64,000 nt of DNA from Camelus ferus. Lineage: Eukaryota. Numbering within the stretch: the first letter of the stretch is position 1; every line of letters starts with the position of its first letter. Location: the NCBI RefSeq assembly GCF_009834535.1, contig NC_045696.1, forward strand, positions 26,538,001 through 26,602,000, read 5' to 3'. Positions 39,867-51,620 of the stretch are shown one piece after another. The notes under the pieces are model-generated. The model searched no databases, had not been told where the DNA came from, and was given only the letters and a program-made list of their open reading frames with translations. A program made the translations under genes and the position numbers.

Positions 39867-40169
39867 CTGGAATTCTGGTACGCTACTTTTTGTGAGTTTG
39901 ACTTCATTTTTGCCCCGGCACTGCTAGTATGGAGGTAGAAGAGAAGGTTACTTGCATAAAAATTAAAAACAAACAGACACGCTGCCAAACATCCGCCTGT
40001 GGAACAGAAGTTTTCAAATGAAAAAGACAAAGAAGAATCTGGCAAAAGCAGTTTGGAAGTTGACTGTAAGAGTGGCCAAGGAGTTTTTCTTGCTAGTTGC
40101 AAGCAACTCGACGAACTGCTAACAATCACTCTTACTCCTTGCTGATGAGAGGTCTTAGCTCTTAAAGTC
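39867..40169 (-). pseudogene. REJ exon remnant (reading frame still open)
   Basis: SSSCLQ..STSKLLLPDSSL..CLFVF vs PKD1 TASCQR..SRPRLVLPRLAL..YCFVF; cag|GTaccc donor. Confidence 0.65.
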
Positions 40170-40561
40170 CTTTCAGAACATAAACATTTAGCCTCATTCT
40201 GTTTTAGATTCTGTTAGATTGTGGGAGAATGTGTGAAGTATGGTTAGTTAGAATTTTTCATTCCTATGCAAGCTGCACAGGACAAGGATGGATGTGAACA
40301 CATCCGCCTGAATAGTCTGGAAATTCAAGTCTCTTTTGTTAATTTGCTGGTTATTGTTTCACATCCTAATTTTTTCAGTTAAAATTTAGTATTGACTTAT
40401 AAAGAGATACGGAGGTGATCCTAAAAATATGATCTAAGCAAGTATTATCAAGCAGTTTAGCATTACTTTAGTATTGAATTACAAGCTTCGGAATAAACTA
40501 AGTATCAATGATAAAACCATAAGTGGTTTCCCTCTGTCCTCAAATATATATATATATTTAC

Positions 40562-41095
40562 CTTCTTAACAATTCACTAAGCATGGAGCGGGAGCTTTGT
40601 TTAATGCAAAATCTGGCCATGTGAAAAAACACGGGCACTGAAGTGGAAAATATTTTTGCATTCTTTTATGCCAGTGTTGCCCTTTTCTGTCAAGTTGCAC
40701 ATGCACGTGTCCACAATGGGAGCAATATTTACAAGCTGTATTTTACATAATTCCAGGGAATCACTATCTACTCTTCCACTGAAGAGAATTCCCCTGGCAC
40801 TCCCGCGTGCCACTCCATCCTGCTGGTTCGTTTGTTCTATTGTACATCCTGCGGAGAGATACATTGCAGCACGGTCGCCGGTTGTAGCCGAAGTGGAGTC
40901 ATCCATCATCCCAGTCACTGGAACTGAGGACCTTATGGACTGGGAGTAAATTATGAAGCTATGAGGAAGGTGATCATTTTTGCAGAAACAGCTATTTTAT
41001 GTTCCTGTTCTCTATCTGATCCGATCCTTCCTTTCTTGTTTGGGATAATGAAAGAGGAAAAGCCACAGGACCAGTTTTTGTCCTTTGGATTCACG
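40562..41095 (-). pseudogene. Last PKD repeat + start of REJ exon remnant
   Basis: ttccttcAG acceptor, aag|GTaaat donor; TPSP..KVL..DWDDG..GDRAAMYLSAG..LCKIQLVNI vs PKD1 TSPSPRRVAYHWDFGDG..EPRAEHSYLRPG..ACREPEVDV. Confidence 0.7.
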
Positions 41096-41292
41096 CTGAA
41101 GGAATTAAATACAATCAATAAAAAGGCACTTAACAAGCTTAAGATTGACTGGTCTTTTCCTTGTTTATTTTGAATTTCCGATGTGATTTTCAGTTGACCT
41201 GCTGTTCATGGCATGGAGCTGAGGATTTCCCAGATTTAAGTGTGTTATAAATGGATAAACTTCACTGTGTGGGATGATTTAAATGAACTTAC

Positions 41293-41444
41293 TGGAGACC
41301 CAGCCCGGGCACTACAACAGGAAAGTTGCCGATTATCTTAGCGGCTTTCAGCCACATAGAGTCAAACTAGATGTCCTCCCTTACCCCCTCATCCCTCCTC
41401 TTCTGCAAGTGGAAACGTCAGTGACTGGCTTAACATTTGCCATT
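41293..41444 (-). pseudogene. PKD-repeat exon remnant
   Basis: gcAG acceptor, GTAAGT donor; SQSLTF...IIGNFPVVV..GWVS (cf. G.F.V.V..N.VS). Confidence 0.45.
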
Positions 41445-41689
41445 CTGCTTCATGTAATTTACATAAGTCTTGATTTTATCCTAATAAATTTAGAATCAGT
41501 TTAACATTCAAAAACATGTTTAGGCAATTTCAAGAAAAGATGACATCTCAAATATTATTAAGGAAAATTGAAATTGAAGATTATAAAAACTTAACATTGA
41601 AATACATAGTTCTAGCACACGATCAATTTGAATACTTGTTCTTCCTCCAGTTAGTCTATAGTTAGACAGTTTGACGTTGTAAAACTTAC

Positions 41690-41810
41690 CAGTACTGATC
41701 TGCTTTAGTTTCTTTATCATATACACATTGACTCATTGACTATTTTCTAATAGAAGAATATTGCTATGTTGTTATCATGGACACTTCCTAATTCTTTAAG
41801 AAAACTTTTA
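41690..41810 (-). pseudogene. PKD-repeat exon remnant
   Basis: GTAAGT donor at 41689-41684; VNVYMIKKLKQIS resembles a PKD-repeat linker; 5' end approximate. Confidence 0.35.
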
Positions 41811-42809
41811 AATCTAAGAAGTGATCATTTTATTAAGAGAGAGCTAAATAGCCTCACTTTGAAAACATTTTCTTTCATGTAAACTATATTGACACGTCAA
41901 TATTGTTGCTTTGAAATGGCTTAATAGTAAAACGTTAGCATATAAATCTACAGTAAATGTGGTCTAAATTAATATTTTAAATTGCAAGGTGCATTGTCTT
42001 TTGTGGACAATCGGGCATTAAAGGAAGCATGCTAATTAAAATTTAAATGCAGGGTAGAAACTAACCCTAGGTTACATCTGGCTGCTGTAGATGAGAGATA
42101 AATATTTAACACAAATTAAACTACTATTTTTGAAACAAATATTTACTTTTTATTTAGGATGACCACACACATACATTTTTGTACCGTAACTACTGAATGT
42201 TTATGCAAAACACCAACAGACACAGTAGTAATTCAGTCTAATGGAAATTAAAGTCAGAAAAGACATTAAACTTCCTTTGTGCAGGGAAAGAAGTATTTTT
42301 TATATGAAGCGTAGCAAAGCAAGCTAATCTTACCATGTTTAAATGCAAATTTTGTTGAGACAAATCAAAAGCAATGAAAGGCAGGCATAGTAGTTTGAGT
42401 CTATTTTAAACTACGTTATTGGCTTCAGCTGCTGTCTTTGATTGACTCCAGTCTCTCATACTTTATTGACAACAGCCTACACCCCATTTTCCACTTGAGA
42501 AGAGAAGCTTCACTAACCCGAAGAACCCTTCCATCCTTTTTCTTGCCAAGTTAGTAAAATAATGAAAGAGAAACTCAATGTAAAAAAAAAATTTGTATAT
42601 TTTCAGTTAAAAAATTGGAAAATTTGAGTGCTTTAAAGGAATTACAGGAGCACTGACTAAACATAGCTTGTTCCTGAAGCATTCTTAAATGCTGCATCCA
42701 TAATTTTCAGTTGGTGGAGAAGGGTAGTTCAACCAAGGGTAGTTCGGACAGGGTGCTTTTAAAAGTTCCACAATGAGCCAAATTCAGGCCCTAGATGGAC
42801 AAGGTTCTA

Positions 42810-43777
42810 GAATTTCACACGTCCTTGTAATAAAATATTGAAACTCTTATTTCAAAGATAGATTTATAGGCTTGTATGTAACCTAGGTTGCTCAAATTTC
42901 ACATGAATATCCAAAACCAGATGAAATTTGTATGGTTTTCTGTATGGGATGAAAAACAGCTTTGGTTGTACTACCTCTTTATGTCTGATTTTACTAAAAG
43001 CTAAATCACATAATCCAGAGTTAGTGGCCTCTGATGCTTAGAAAGTGTCTTTACTGCTCTCTGTAAGGCCGGTTCCAGTCTACAGTATAATTTAAAAACA
43101 ATTTCTGTAATTGACAGGGCAAGAGATTCCCATGTCATATCTTAGACAGTCATTCGGCTCATAAGTTCTCTAACATGACCAAACTCTTCCCGTAGTGCAT
43201 TCATTCACTGCATAAATAACTAATAAAAGTCATTGTTGAACTAGTTGGATCAAGGGAGGTAAGTTAGTCTAATCCTTGGCGTACATAAATTTCACATATG
43301 TGAGATTACAAAGTACTGCAACTCAATTAGATAATGTAACACTATTAAATATTACTAGTTTTGAGCCCTTAGAAATTAGAGAGTAATTTCCACATATAAA
43401 CTAAAATAGCTATTTTGAAATATGCTAATATTTATAGAAATATGACAGAAAATATATGTAGTGTTCATATTAGGAGCAAACAAATGAAAAACTGCCGTTG
43501 TTCATAACTGAGTTATTATTTCACTTTCTCATTACTGTCAAAATTCAGAAGTTTCACGGACTAGGTTTCTGTGCTCGGTACCCTTATAACATAACACAAC
43601 TGTTTTGATAGGAATCACGGATTCATTCATGGGTCTTCCTTCATCGACTCATTTGAAAAATAGCCTGTAACTGTTACAAAACTTGATTTTATGTTCCCAA
43701 GAGGAACCTTATTTCCTATCTGAGGAACATCAGGATTATGATTTCATAGGAAGGCAATCATTATTATGCCCTAGCAC
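42810..43777 (-). pseudogene. Long PKD-repeat-rich exon remnant (analogous to PKD1's large exon)
   Basis: gtcacAG acceptor; NLTYVKF, TNFIWFWIF, and VTYKP....FEIRVSIF vs PKD1 VTYTPVAAGLLEIQVRAF; 3' end approximate. Confidence 0.55.
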
Positions 43778-44034
43778 CTGTGACTGATTTTCTCTGTTTA
43801 CATGTCCCTACACAGTGTTAATCCCTCCCCTGTGTCTTGAAAAGGCATATGGCATTAGTCGGTGGCAAATTAAAGGACTTCTGCTTGCTTCAAAGATAAC
43901 TTTAAGGCTCTATATTCATGATGTAGAAAGTGTATGATTATTCATTTTTAAAAACCATTGTGTAATTTTCCTAGGGTATTTTTCAAAATTAAAACATTAA
44001 AAGACATAAAACATAAGCTAGGAAATAAAATGAA

Positions 44035-44282
44035 CTCTTATGTAGCTGCACAGTAATAGAAGATTTCCACCTTCTACTAGTCGTAATAATGCTCATTCAT
44101 GCATTTTTATCTGACATACATTCTATCCAGCCCATTTTTACCTTTAATATAGTCACCAAAAATATAATTAAAAATGGCATTTTTTACTGCGATCCTGGAC
44201 AACAATATCGTACAGAAACAATGTCAGAAGACTAGGGATACCTTTAGTACATCTATAGATGACAAAAAGGTTTCCAAGTACC
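44035..44282 (-). pseudogene. PKD-repeat exon remnant
   Basis: NAIFNYIFGD...EHYY..G..SITVQL vs PKD consensus (F.W.FGDG...H.Y..G.Y.VTV). Confidence 0.55.
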
Positions 44283-44347
44283 CTATGTCCAACAGCATAC
44301 AAAAGGTCCTTATTTTGATCCCAGTAATTGACAGTGCTTAGACTTAC

Positions 44348-44530
44348 ATGCTAAAATTTCCTCTGGATAGGTTTTGGTCATTTCATGTGGTCTTCTATCT
44401 CTAGTACTTTTTATCTGCACCAACTCTGGTGAGAAGACACCAAGTAAATCTGTCTCGTGTATCAGGCAAATGGCTACACAGCACTTCCTTGGTTTTCATT
44501 TCCATGCGGTAATTTTTGCAACTCATGGAA
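44348..44530 (-). pseudogene. Ectodomain exon remnant
   Basis: ttctAG acceptor, GTAAGT donor; LIHETDLLGVF vs PKD1 LMLPGDLVGLQ. Confidence 0.4.
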
Positions 44531-46287
44531 CTAGAACCAATGTCCAGACTCGGTCAGCTCTTCTCATCGGTTTATAGCAGAGAAGGTTAGAAGGCATAGT
44601 GAGGCTAGCTAAAGAACTCACTAAAGTTAAGAGTTCCAGTAAGAAAATCAGATCAGCCATGGGGAAGAAATCAAGAGTCCAGCAATCATGTCATGAGTCA
44701 AGATATGAGTGGAGCACATTCTATGGCAAGTTCTATGACGGCAAGGAGGTTTGTCTGTTTTGTTCACTGCCTTAACCAGAGGAGAACATATTAGGCAACC
44801 AGGCGACATTTGCTTGATGAATCTATCGTACGACACAAGAGCAAACCAAAGACAGAGCAGATATTCATATAGAGGATGACTAGAAAGCAAACTGATCAGT
44901 GAAAAATAAATCAAGCAGGCATACAGACAGGAATAAGAAAATCCCAAAACATGAGAGCAAGGAAAGCAATAAAGACCGTTATAATCAAGCTGACTTTTAA
45001 AAAAAGTGTTTACTACATTCCAGGTATGGGTCTAAGTGTTTCACATATATTACTTCTTTTTGTCCCTCACATGATCCTATTATCATCAAATTACAGACAG
45101 GAAAATATATCACAAGAAGGTTTTTTTCTCATTCAAGGTCTTGATTTTAGAAAATGGTAAAAATCACATTGGAACCCAGAGTTTCTGCTTTGCTGTCTTG
45201 TCTTGTCTCCCTTTGGAGCCTCTGGAGATAATAAATATGAAATGGGAACTGGCCAAGCAAGTGTAGCGATGGATGCACAAAACCAGGAAGAGAACCTGAT
45301 TTGGAGCCAAACACTTAGGCCAGCCAGGAAAATTAATAAATCGGATTACTGTTTGGGCAGACAGCAACCCTGAAGCTTAGCTGACCCAGGACTTCATGTT
45401 AGAATGACATGTCGGAGGCACATGGCAAAATACGGGCAGATTAGGATAGCAAGTTGTTTTTACCTTTTATGTCATGCTTTGTCCATTTTAATTTTCCTAG
45501 TAGAATAATCCAATATATTTCTTCACATCACACCATTTTATGGATTACCAAAGATTAGCATTTATATTTCAGTACCTGATCTGATTGGTGAAATTTTATA
45601 TACACACACACATACATATATATACATATATCTCTCAAAACATTCTTAAAAATAGAGTCATATTTTCCAGTGCATTTGCATTTTAAACTTTATAAGAGCA
45701 TCTGCCTAATTTGAAAAGTGGAAAGCCACACATTTAAGACACAGTCTTTACTTAATATTGTGAATTTGGATTATTGTACTATTGGATGAAATACGAAATT
45801 TTAGAGAAGAAATTTAGTAAAGTGTAGATTTTAAGCTACCTTAGGGTTGCTATCATTTATTAAGTTTTTATTTGTTATTTGCTTGTATTAATTAGAACAG
45901 GTTTTGTCAATTTTGGCACTATTGATACTTTGTGGCAGGGGCTGCACTGTGGGATTTAGTAGCATCCCTGGTCCTTACTTACTAGATTCCAGCAGCAACC
46001 TGCTTTGGGAGTGAGGTGCTTAGGGTGTCGGTAGTCATGCCCTCTCAGGTCATACCTCACCTTCCTCTGGTCCCTGCTCTGACAGACATTGTCAAATGCT
46101 TCCTTGGGGAGCGTGGTAGTGGAAACATTTTGCTCAGTGAAACACTGAGTTAGAGGGCTACTGACAATTTTAACAAGCACATTACAAAATGTATAAATGG
46201 GCTTAATAATCTAGAAGTTTATTTCTCATTCAAAAATAATTCAAATATGTAGCACTTGCCCTGAGGGTGCTGCATGACCATTCAGAC

Positions 46288-46690
46288 TGTCGGTTGTTGA
46301 GAGGATGTGACTGCCAGTTGATCCAAGAGCTGGATCCTGGCAATCAGAGAGGCTCCCTACCCATCCCCTGTCCTTGGAATGTATGCTCTACTCAACCTTC
46401 CATCACTAGGAGCCATTTCAAGGATGCAAACTTGAGAGACTAAGGTGTTGTTGAGACCATCTTGACTGAACCCTGTTAAGTCCTCTATATAAGCTTTTAA
46501 GATTCTGGCAGGGAGTAGGGTATGGTGGGGAGATCTACTCTTGTGTCTGCTCAAGACAAGCCTCCTATGTAAGCTCCTTTGCTTATTAAATCTGCAACCC
46601 ACCAATATGGCCTGGTCTGCCTCTTCCTTTGGTCTCTCCTTGCCCTCTGTGTATAGGGTCCAGTTTCAAATTTCACCCTGGGGACTGAGC
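46288..46690 (+). mobile_element. ERV LTR fragment within MaLR sequence
   Basis: TG start, TATA-like ctatataagc, attaaa poly(A)-type signal; right end approximate. Confidence 0.6.
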
Positions 46691-48047
46691 TTGTGAACCT
46701 CCCCATCTCCTAAAGCCTCTATTTTCTGTGATCAGTTGGTGGAAGGGGAACGAGAACATGGAAAGGGCAAACATACTTCTTGAAAGCTGTCTCCTAAATG
46801 TAAAATACTTTGTCTCACATTTCATTGGCCAGAACTGTTACATGCTTATTTAACTGTGTGCCCAGTATAAAGAGGAAATAGACACTTAATGAACAGTTTA
46901 TACATAGACACTAGAGAACATAGAAGCAGTGTTTGTGAGGATAAAAATAGAGAGAGTATGACACATCCCTCCAAAACTTGAAAAAATTCAAAATCACATT
47001 GACAAACAAATAAATAAACAAACTGGGGTACATTCATACAATTAGAGACAATGTCGCAGTAAAAAGAAATGAACTGTGGTCAACATGACAACAGGGATAT
47101 ATGAAGATACATCAGGACAAAACAGCAAGTCCCGGGGGATGACTTAACAATATTATATACAACTATAGAACTCAAACAAAACCCAGCAATACACTCACAT
47201 GATGAAACTAGAAAATCTAGGGAGTGGTGAACACAGAATGTAGAATAGTGATTATCTCGAAGGGTGCTGTGAGAAAAAAATGGCACAAAGGAGATGGAAA
47301 TTGTAGGACATAGTCCATTTAGGGGAGTTATGTAGTGGGTTCAATATAATTCTTCATATTATTATTCTTTATAACTTACACATAATATCATTTATGTATT
47401 AAATAAAGCATTACAATGCAAAAAAATTAAAGCAGACATCAAAATAGAACAAGCACATTAATATTTGTTTATTGCTGAAAATTATATATTTGCTGAGCAC
47501 TGGTTAGTAGTAAATTTAACCAGATCAATAAAACTTTAGGATGTGCCGTGCTAATTATCTTAGAAACCTTCTTAAGGCAGGACAAAACGGCTAATTATAC
47601 TGCTGTGAATTTCTGGTACTATATTTCATCTTTGCTTTAATTACTGTTATTTGCTGATTTATTTTGATTGCAACCCATTAGTTTTAATATTGAGATTTGT
47701 TAGTACACTGTTTTGAATAACTTGGAGGAAATTGTTTTTGACTCTATTATGCATTTGAAAGTGTAATTTTAATATTTCAAGGAAGAGTTTTTTTTCCCAA
47801 TATTTTAAATTTTTAATGGGATCCAAGAGCAAGTAAGGGGAAAATACAGAAATATGTTTCATACTAAGCTCTATTTGTATAATATATTTCATTAGATGGG
47901 GAGTATTAAAAGGAAAATACAAAAACCTCTTTGGAGCATACGGTTAAAAATAGCTTATCTATGCACTGGAGAGTCAATTCATATTTGAATGAAAAACCTA
48001 GAAATCATCTTTTAGAGCACAAATGTGGAGAAATGGCAACAATTTAC

Positions 48048-48274
48048 CAAAATCAATGTTATCTGCTCTGTGGGCCAATTGGTTGATAGATCTTCATTAT
48101 ATTCAAAAACTCTCCTGTGTCCTTAACTCAGAGCAGAAAATTAGAAGGTAGACTTGGAAGATGTCTAAACTGAAGACTCCTGTTACCACCTCAGATCCCT
48201 GTTCTACGCATTTTTTAACCTTCAATCTGGGACTATCCAGATGCTGATCATAGACGCTGATACAATGCAGGGAC
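48048..48274 (-). pseudogene. Post-lectin ectodomain exon remnant
   Basis: tttccttcttgccAG acceptor, ttg|GTaaat donor; ..EVVTGVFSLDIFQVY vs PKD1 AEFGT...LRLQVYR, at the colinear position. Confidence 0.5.
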
Positions 48275-48584
48275 CTGGCAAGAAGGAAAGACCGATGTAA
48301 CAAATTCACTTAACCCTCCTTTTCCCTTTTCTCTTTTAAAGTCATAGCAATGTTTCTAGATACCCATTTAAAGTACAGCATCAGAGAAATATCTCATAAT
48401 CTAATTAGCAATGGGTGATTGCTGAAACTATATTAAGGAATTAATGCACATGAAAAGTATTTTTTAAAAAGATTTGATGTGAAGCCAAAAATTCTCACTT
48501 CTATTTCCTTTTGTATTTACTTATCATTTAGGATTGAGCATTCATAAATAGGCATATTGTTTAAATGTCTTCGTTTGGCAAAGG

Positions 48585-48920
48585 TACGTACAAAATCTCA
48601 AGCAAACATATTTGCCTAGGGATGGTCGTGATATTTTGACAAGTTTAGGATAGATAAATATAAAACTGACGCAGAGACTGTGATGCCTGACAGACGCTGG
48701 TGTTTGCTTCATTATTATCATGGAAATTTTGTACAAGAATAAATTTGACAAGCTTTGTTATGTTTGGTGCAATTGAAAAAGTTGTTTGTGTAATTCCTTT
48801 GATGATTAACTGACTGGAGTTTTAATGATGCCATTGAAGAGAAAAACAATGAAGCATCATTCCTAGCAACTGGTACCCAGCAGCACAGAAAATGATTCAC
48901 ATTTGGCAAATTTACCTTGA
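48585..48920 (-). pseudogene. C-type lectin domain exon 2 remnant
   Basis: HSLCVSF...SLGKYVC vs PKD1 AEHCVRL...APHSYVC; boundaries approximate. Confidence 0.45.
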
Positions 48921-49089
48921 ATACAGCTGTTGGATGGACATAAAATTTGAATAGTTGGGAGGAAAATGAGATAGGAAGCCTGGCATTTAAAATGAATTAT
49001 CAAATGAGAGTACTTGTACTCAGTTGAACCAAAAACACTGAACTTTTTGAAGCTGACTCATCACTTTGATAATTTCCTTTTAAAAGTTA

Positions 49090-49329
49090 TTTTATGCCTA
49101 ATAAATAAATCCATGTAACATCAAAGTGGAATAAAATCATAACCAGTGCCATTTGTCCATGGTGTAGTGATTCCCAACCCTTGATTCTGTCTGTCTGGGT
49201 TCCTGCTCCAGCTAGATCTGCTCCCTGGTTGCTACACCAGGTAACAACTGTGTAACAATAATGTGTTATTTGAGCAAATTTGGTTTGTAGAGCCAAGAAA
49301 TTTGCAAAAAAGAAAGAGCATGAGAACAG
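49090..49329 (-). pseudogene. C-type lectin domain exon 1 remnant
   Basis: ccatcctacAG acceptor; FAQITHYCYTVVTWCSNQGADLA...WIYL vs PKD1 IFPGNGHCYRLVV...QCQAWAGAALA...VWIGF. Confidence 0.65.
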
Positions 49330-49981
49330 CTGTAGGATGGAGGGTGGACAGAGATGGAAAGTCTTGTTTTCACCTTTGCTAACATGCTGGTTGTTCAGGG
49401 CCCATTATGCAGAGCTCATGATCTGTGAACTTAAACTCAGTAGGTATAAATCTCTCCATCAGGAATAATCATGGTATCATACCAAGAGGGGAAAAATATC
49501 ACCAATATTTGCAATCACCTCAAAGAATGAATGGCATTTGCAAAATTATGGTCTTTTTCCAGAACTTATGACATGATGAAGGAGGCTTATTTAATGTGAC
49601 ATCTTAATTTTGACTTCCCCTTTATGCCTAGTGTTTCCTGGAACAACTGTGTTCCATTAATTGGAAAGAAAGATTTTTATTTGTTGGGGCCTACAATACC
49701 CTTACACCTTGTTTTGCTGGCTGGAAACATTAGAAAACAGAAAGGAACTGGCACTTAGGGACACAAATAACATATAGAAATTACAATAGCACTGGATGAA
49801 TTTAAGATTAAGGCATCAGTAAACCAGAACGTGAGACATTTTGACTTTTCAGGGTCACATTAGGAAGATGTGGCTGGTGTTAGGAGACATACACTATTTA
49901 CTGGTAGCAAAAATCCAAGAAAATGCCTTGTAAAATTGAACCTTGTAAAATTTGTATTGATCATCTCTTGCATTTTTCAAA

Positions 49982-50145
49982 ATATTTTTTAAATTTAAAT
50001 TTTATTTATTTATTTTGTTCTGGGGGGAGGGATGTACTTAGGTTTATTTATTTATTTACTTTTTAGAGGAGGTACTGGGGTTTGAACCCAGGACCTCGTG
50101 CATGCTAAGCATGTGCTCTACCACTTTGAGCTACACCCTCCCCCC
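49982..50145 (-). mobile_element. Camelid tRNA-derived SINE (Vic-1-like)
   Basis: Reverse complement GGGGAGGGTGTAGCTCAAAGTGGTAGAGCACATGCTTAGCATGCACGAGGTCCTGGGTTCAAACCCCAGTACCTCC; TSD catttttcaaa. Confidence 0.9.
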
Positions 50146-51084
50146 ACATTTTTCAAATTTTACTGTGTATTCCTGTACTTAATACTTTATTTGCTTTTGC
50201 ATGTTTTTTATGTATACTAGTCAAATCATACTATATTCTTCAGAAATATGATCTTTAAGTTAATCATCCCTAAGATTTAGCCATGTTGTTCCTTTTAGCT
50301 GTTATTCACCAGTTCTCTCCATTACACAGTATTCCATTATGTGGATATACCACAAATTATTTACCATTCTTCTATTTATAGACATTGGAATGTATCTTGT
50401 TATTTTTCTAATGGGAACAGTGCTATCTGAACATTCTTATACCTTTCTCCTGGTTATACACAGGATTTTTCCTAGGACAGTAGTTTTCAATATATTTGAC
50501 CATGATGCAGAGTAAGAACTTTGTTTTTCATGGTGGCCAAGTAAACACAATTTTCCCAAAACAACAAAAATAATTCTCATTTGATGCAGTCTCATATTTT
50601 CTATTCTTTTGGATTAGATTCATAGTCTATCTTATATTACTTTAGTTTGTAAACCTTATAGTCACTTTCTAAGGGTCACAACCAGGAGGTCATGAAAACT
50701 AAAGCTCAAGTTTATCCAATTTGGCAAATGAACCCAGTTGAAGGACAGTTTACTATTACCCTAATCTCTTTGAGATTCTCCTTTTACTGAGTGTTGGGGC
50801 TAGAGGACTATCAAATTTGTCTGTGTAAGAGTTGGTGTTACAAAAACTTTCTTCCCTGCCTTGCCCGCCTTCAAGCAGAGTAAGTTTCTCTTCTGATGTG
50901 ATAAATATCCTGGAATCTATCCTCCTCTACAGTGAGTGGAGTGATGGGGAAAAGGCTGCTCCTCTGAAATTTTAACTGCAACTAGGTAGGCAAATTCAAA
51001 TAAGACAGCAAGTAGTATATCCCTGCTGTATTTTCCAATTTAGTTTTACCAATAATGTACACTTAGATTCACATTTAGTTGAGT

Positions 51085-51620
51085 GGATTTAAAAGGACTG
51101 AAAAATTTTTGACATTCCTTCCATTAAGAGGTGGGGTCTATATCCCCTCCCCCAGAAAACTGAGTGGGGAAGTGATGCTATTATCATGTCCAAGACTAGG
51201 TCATAAAAATGCCATATGGCTTGTACTTTGTTCTCTTTGATGCTTCCTCTCCAGATGCTTCCTCTTGGGTATGTCAGAGCCCAGTAGCCAGTTGTCATGT
51301 GGAGAGAAACCCAAACCACCTCCCCAGGCCATGTGACAGTATCCAGCTGCAGTCCAGCTGAGCCCAGGCTTATGTCCTCCTACCCCAGACACCAGACATG
51401 TGAGTGAAGGAGGCTCCAGAATAGTCTATCCCCAATGTGTTTGAGTCACCCCATATATTTGGGTCTGTTCAGCTAACACTCCAGAACAATGGAGCAGAAA
51501 TCAGCCATCTTTTTTGAACGCTATTGAAATTCTTGACCCACAGAATTTATGAACACCTCAAATGGTCGTTGTTTTAGGCCACTGAGGTAGGGGTGGTTTG
51601 TTATGCAGCAATAATGGTTG
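51085..51620 (+). mobile_element. MLT1-type MaLR LTR
   Basis: tttttgacattccttccattaagaggtgggg...cagacatgtgagtgaag...gtggtttgttatgcagcaata. Confidence 0.8.

Noticed and set aside
40840..40920. Laminin-G/EYS-like reading (LHFGYN-GDR) on the minus strand
   Set aside because: The same bases fit a PKD repeat better (DWDDG..RAAMYLSAG), and the neighbouring exons are colinear with polycystin-1, not EYS.
48150..48180. SLDIFQV resembling the PLAT motif SLDIFRI
   Set aside because: It is in the wrong position in the domain order. A PLAT remnant lies after TM1 at 21.6-22.1 kb, and this segment fits the post-lectin LQVY motif.
50070..50145. tRNA-like sequence with A and B boxes (also 10690-10765)
   Set aside because: It is the head of a SINE with A-rich tail and TSDs, not a tRNA gene.
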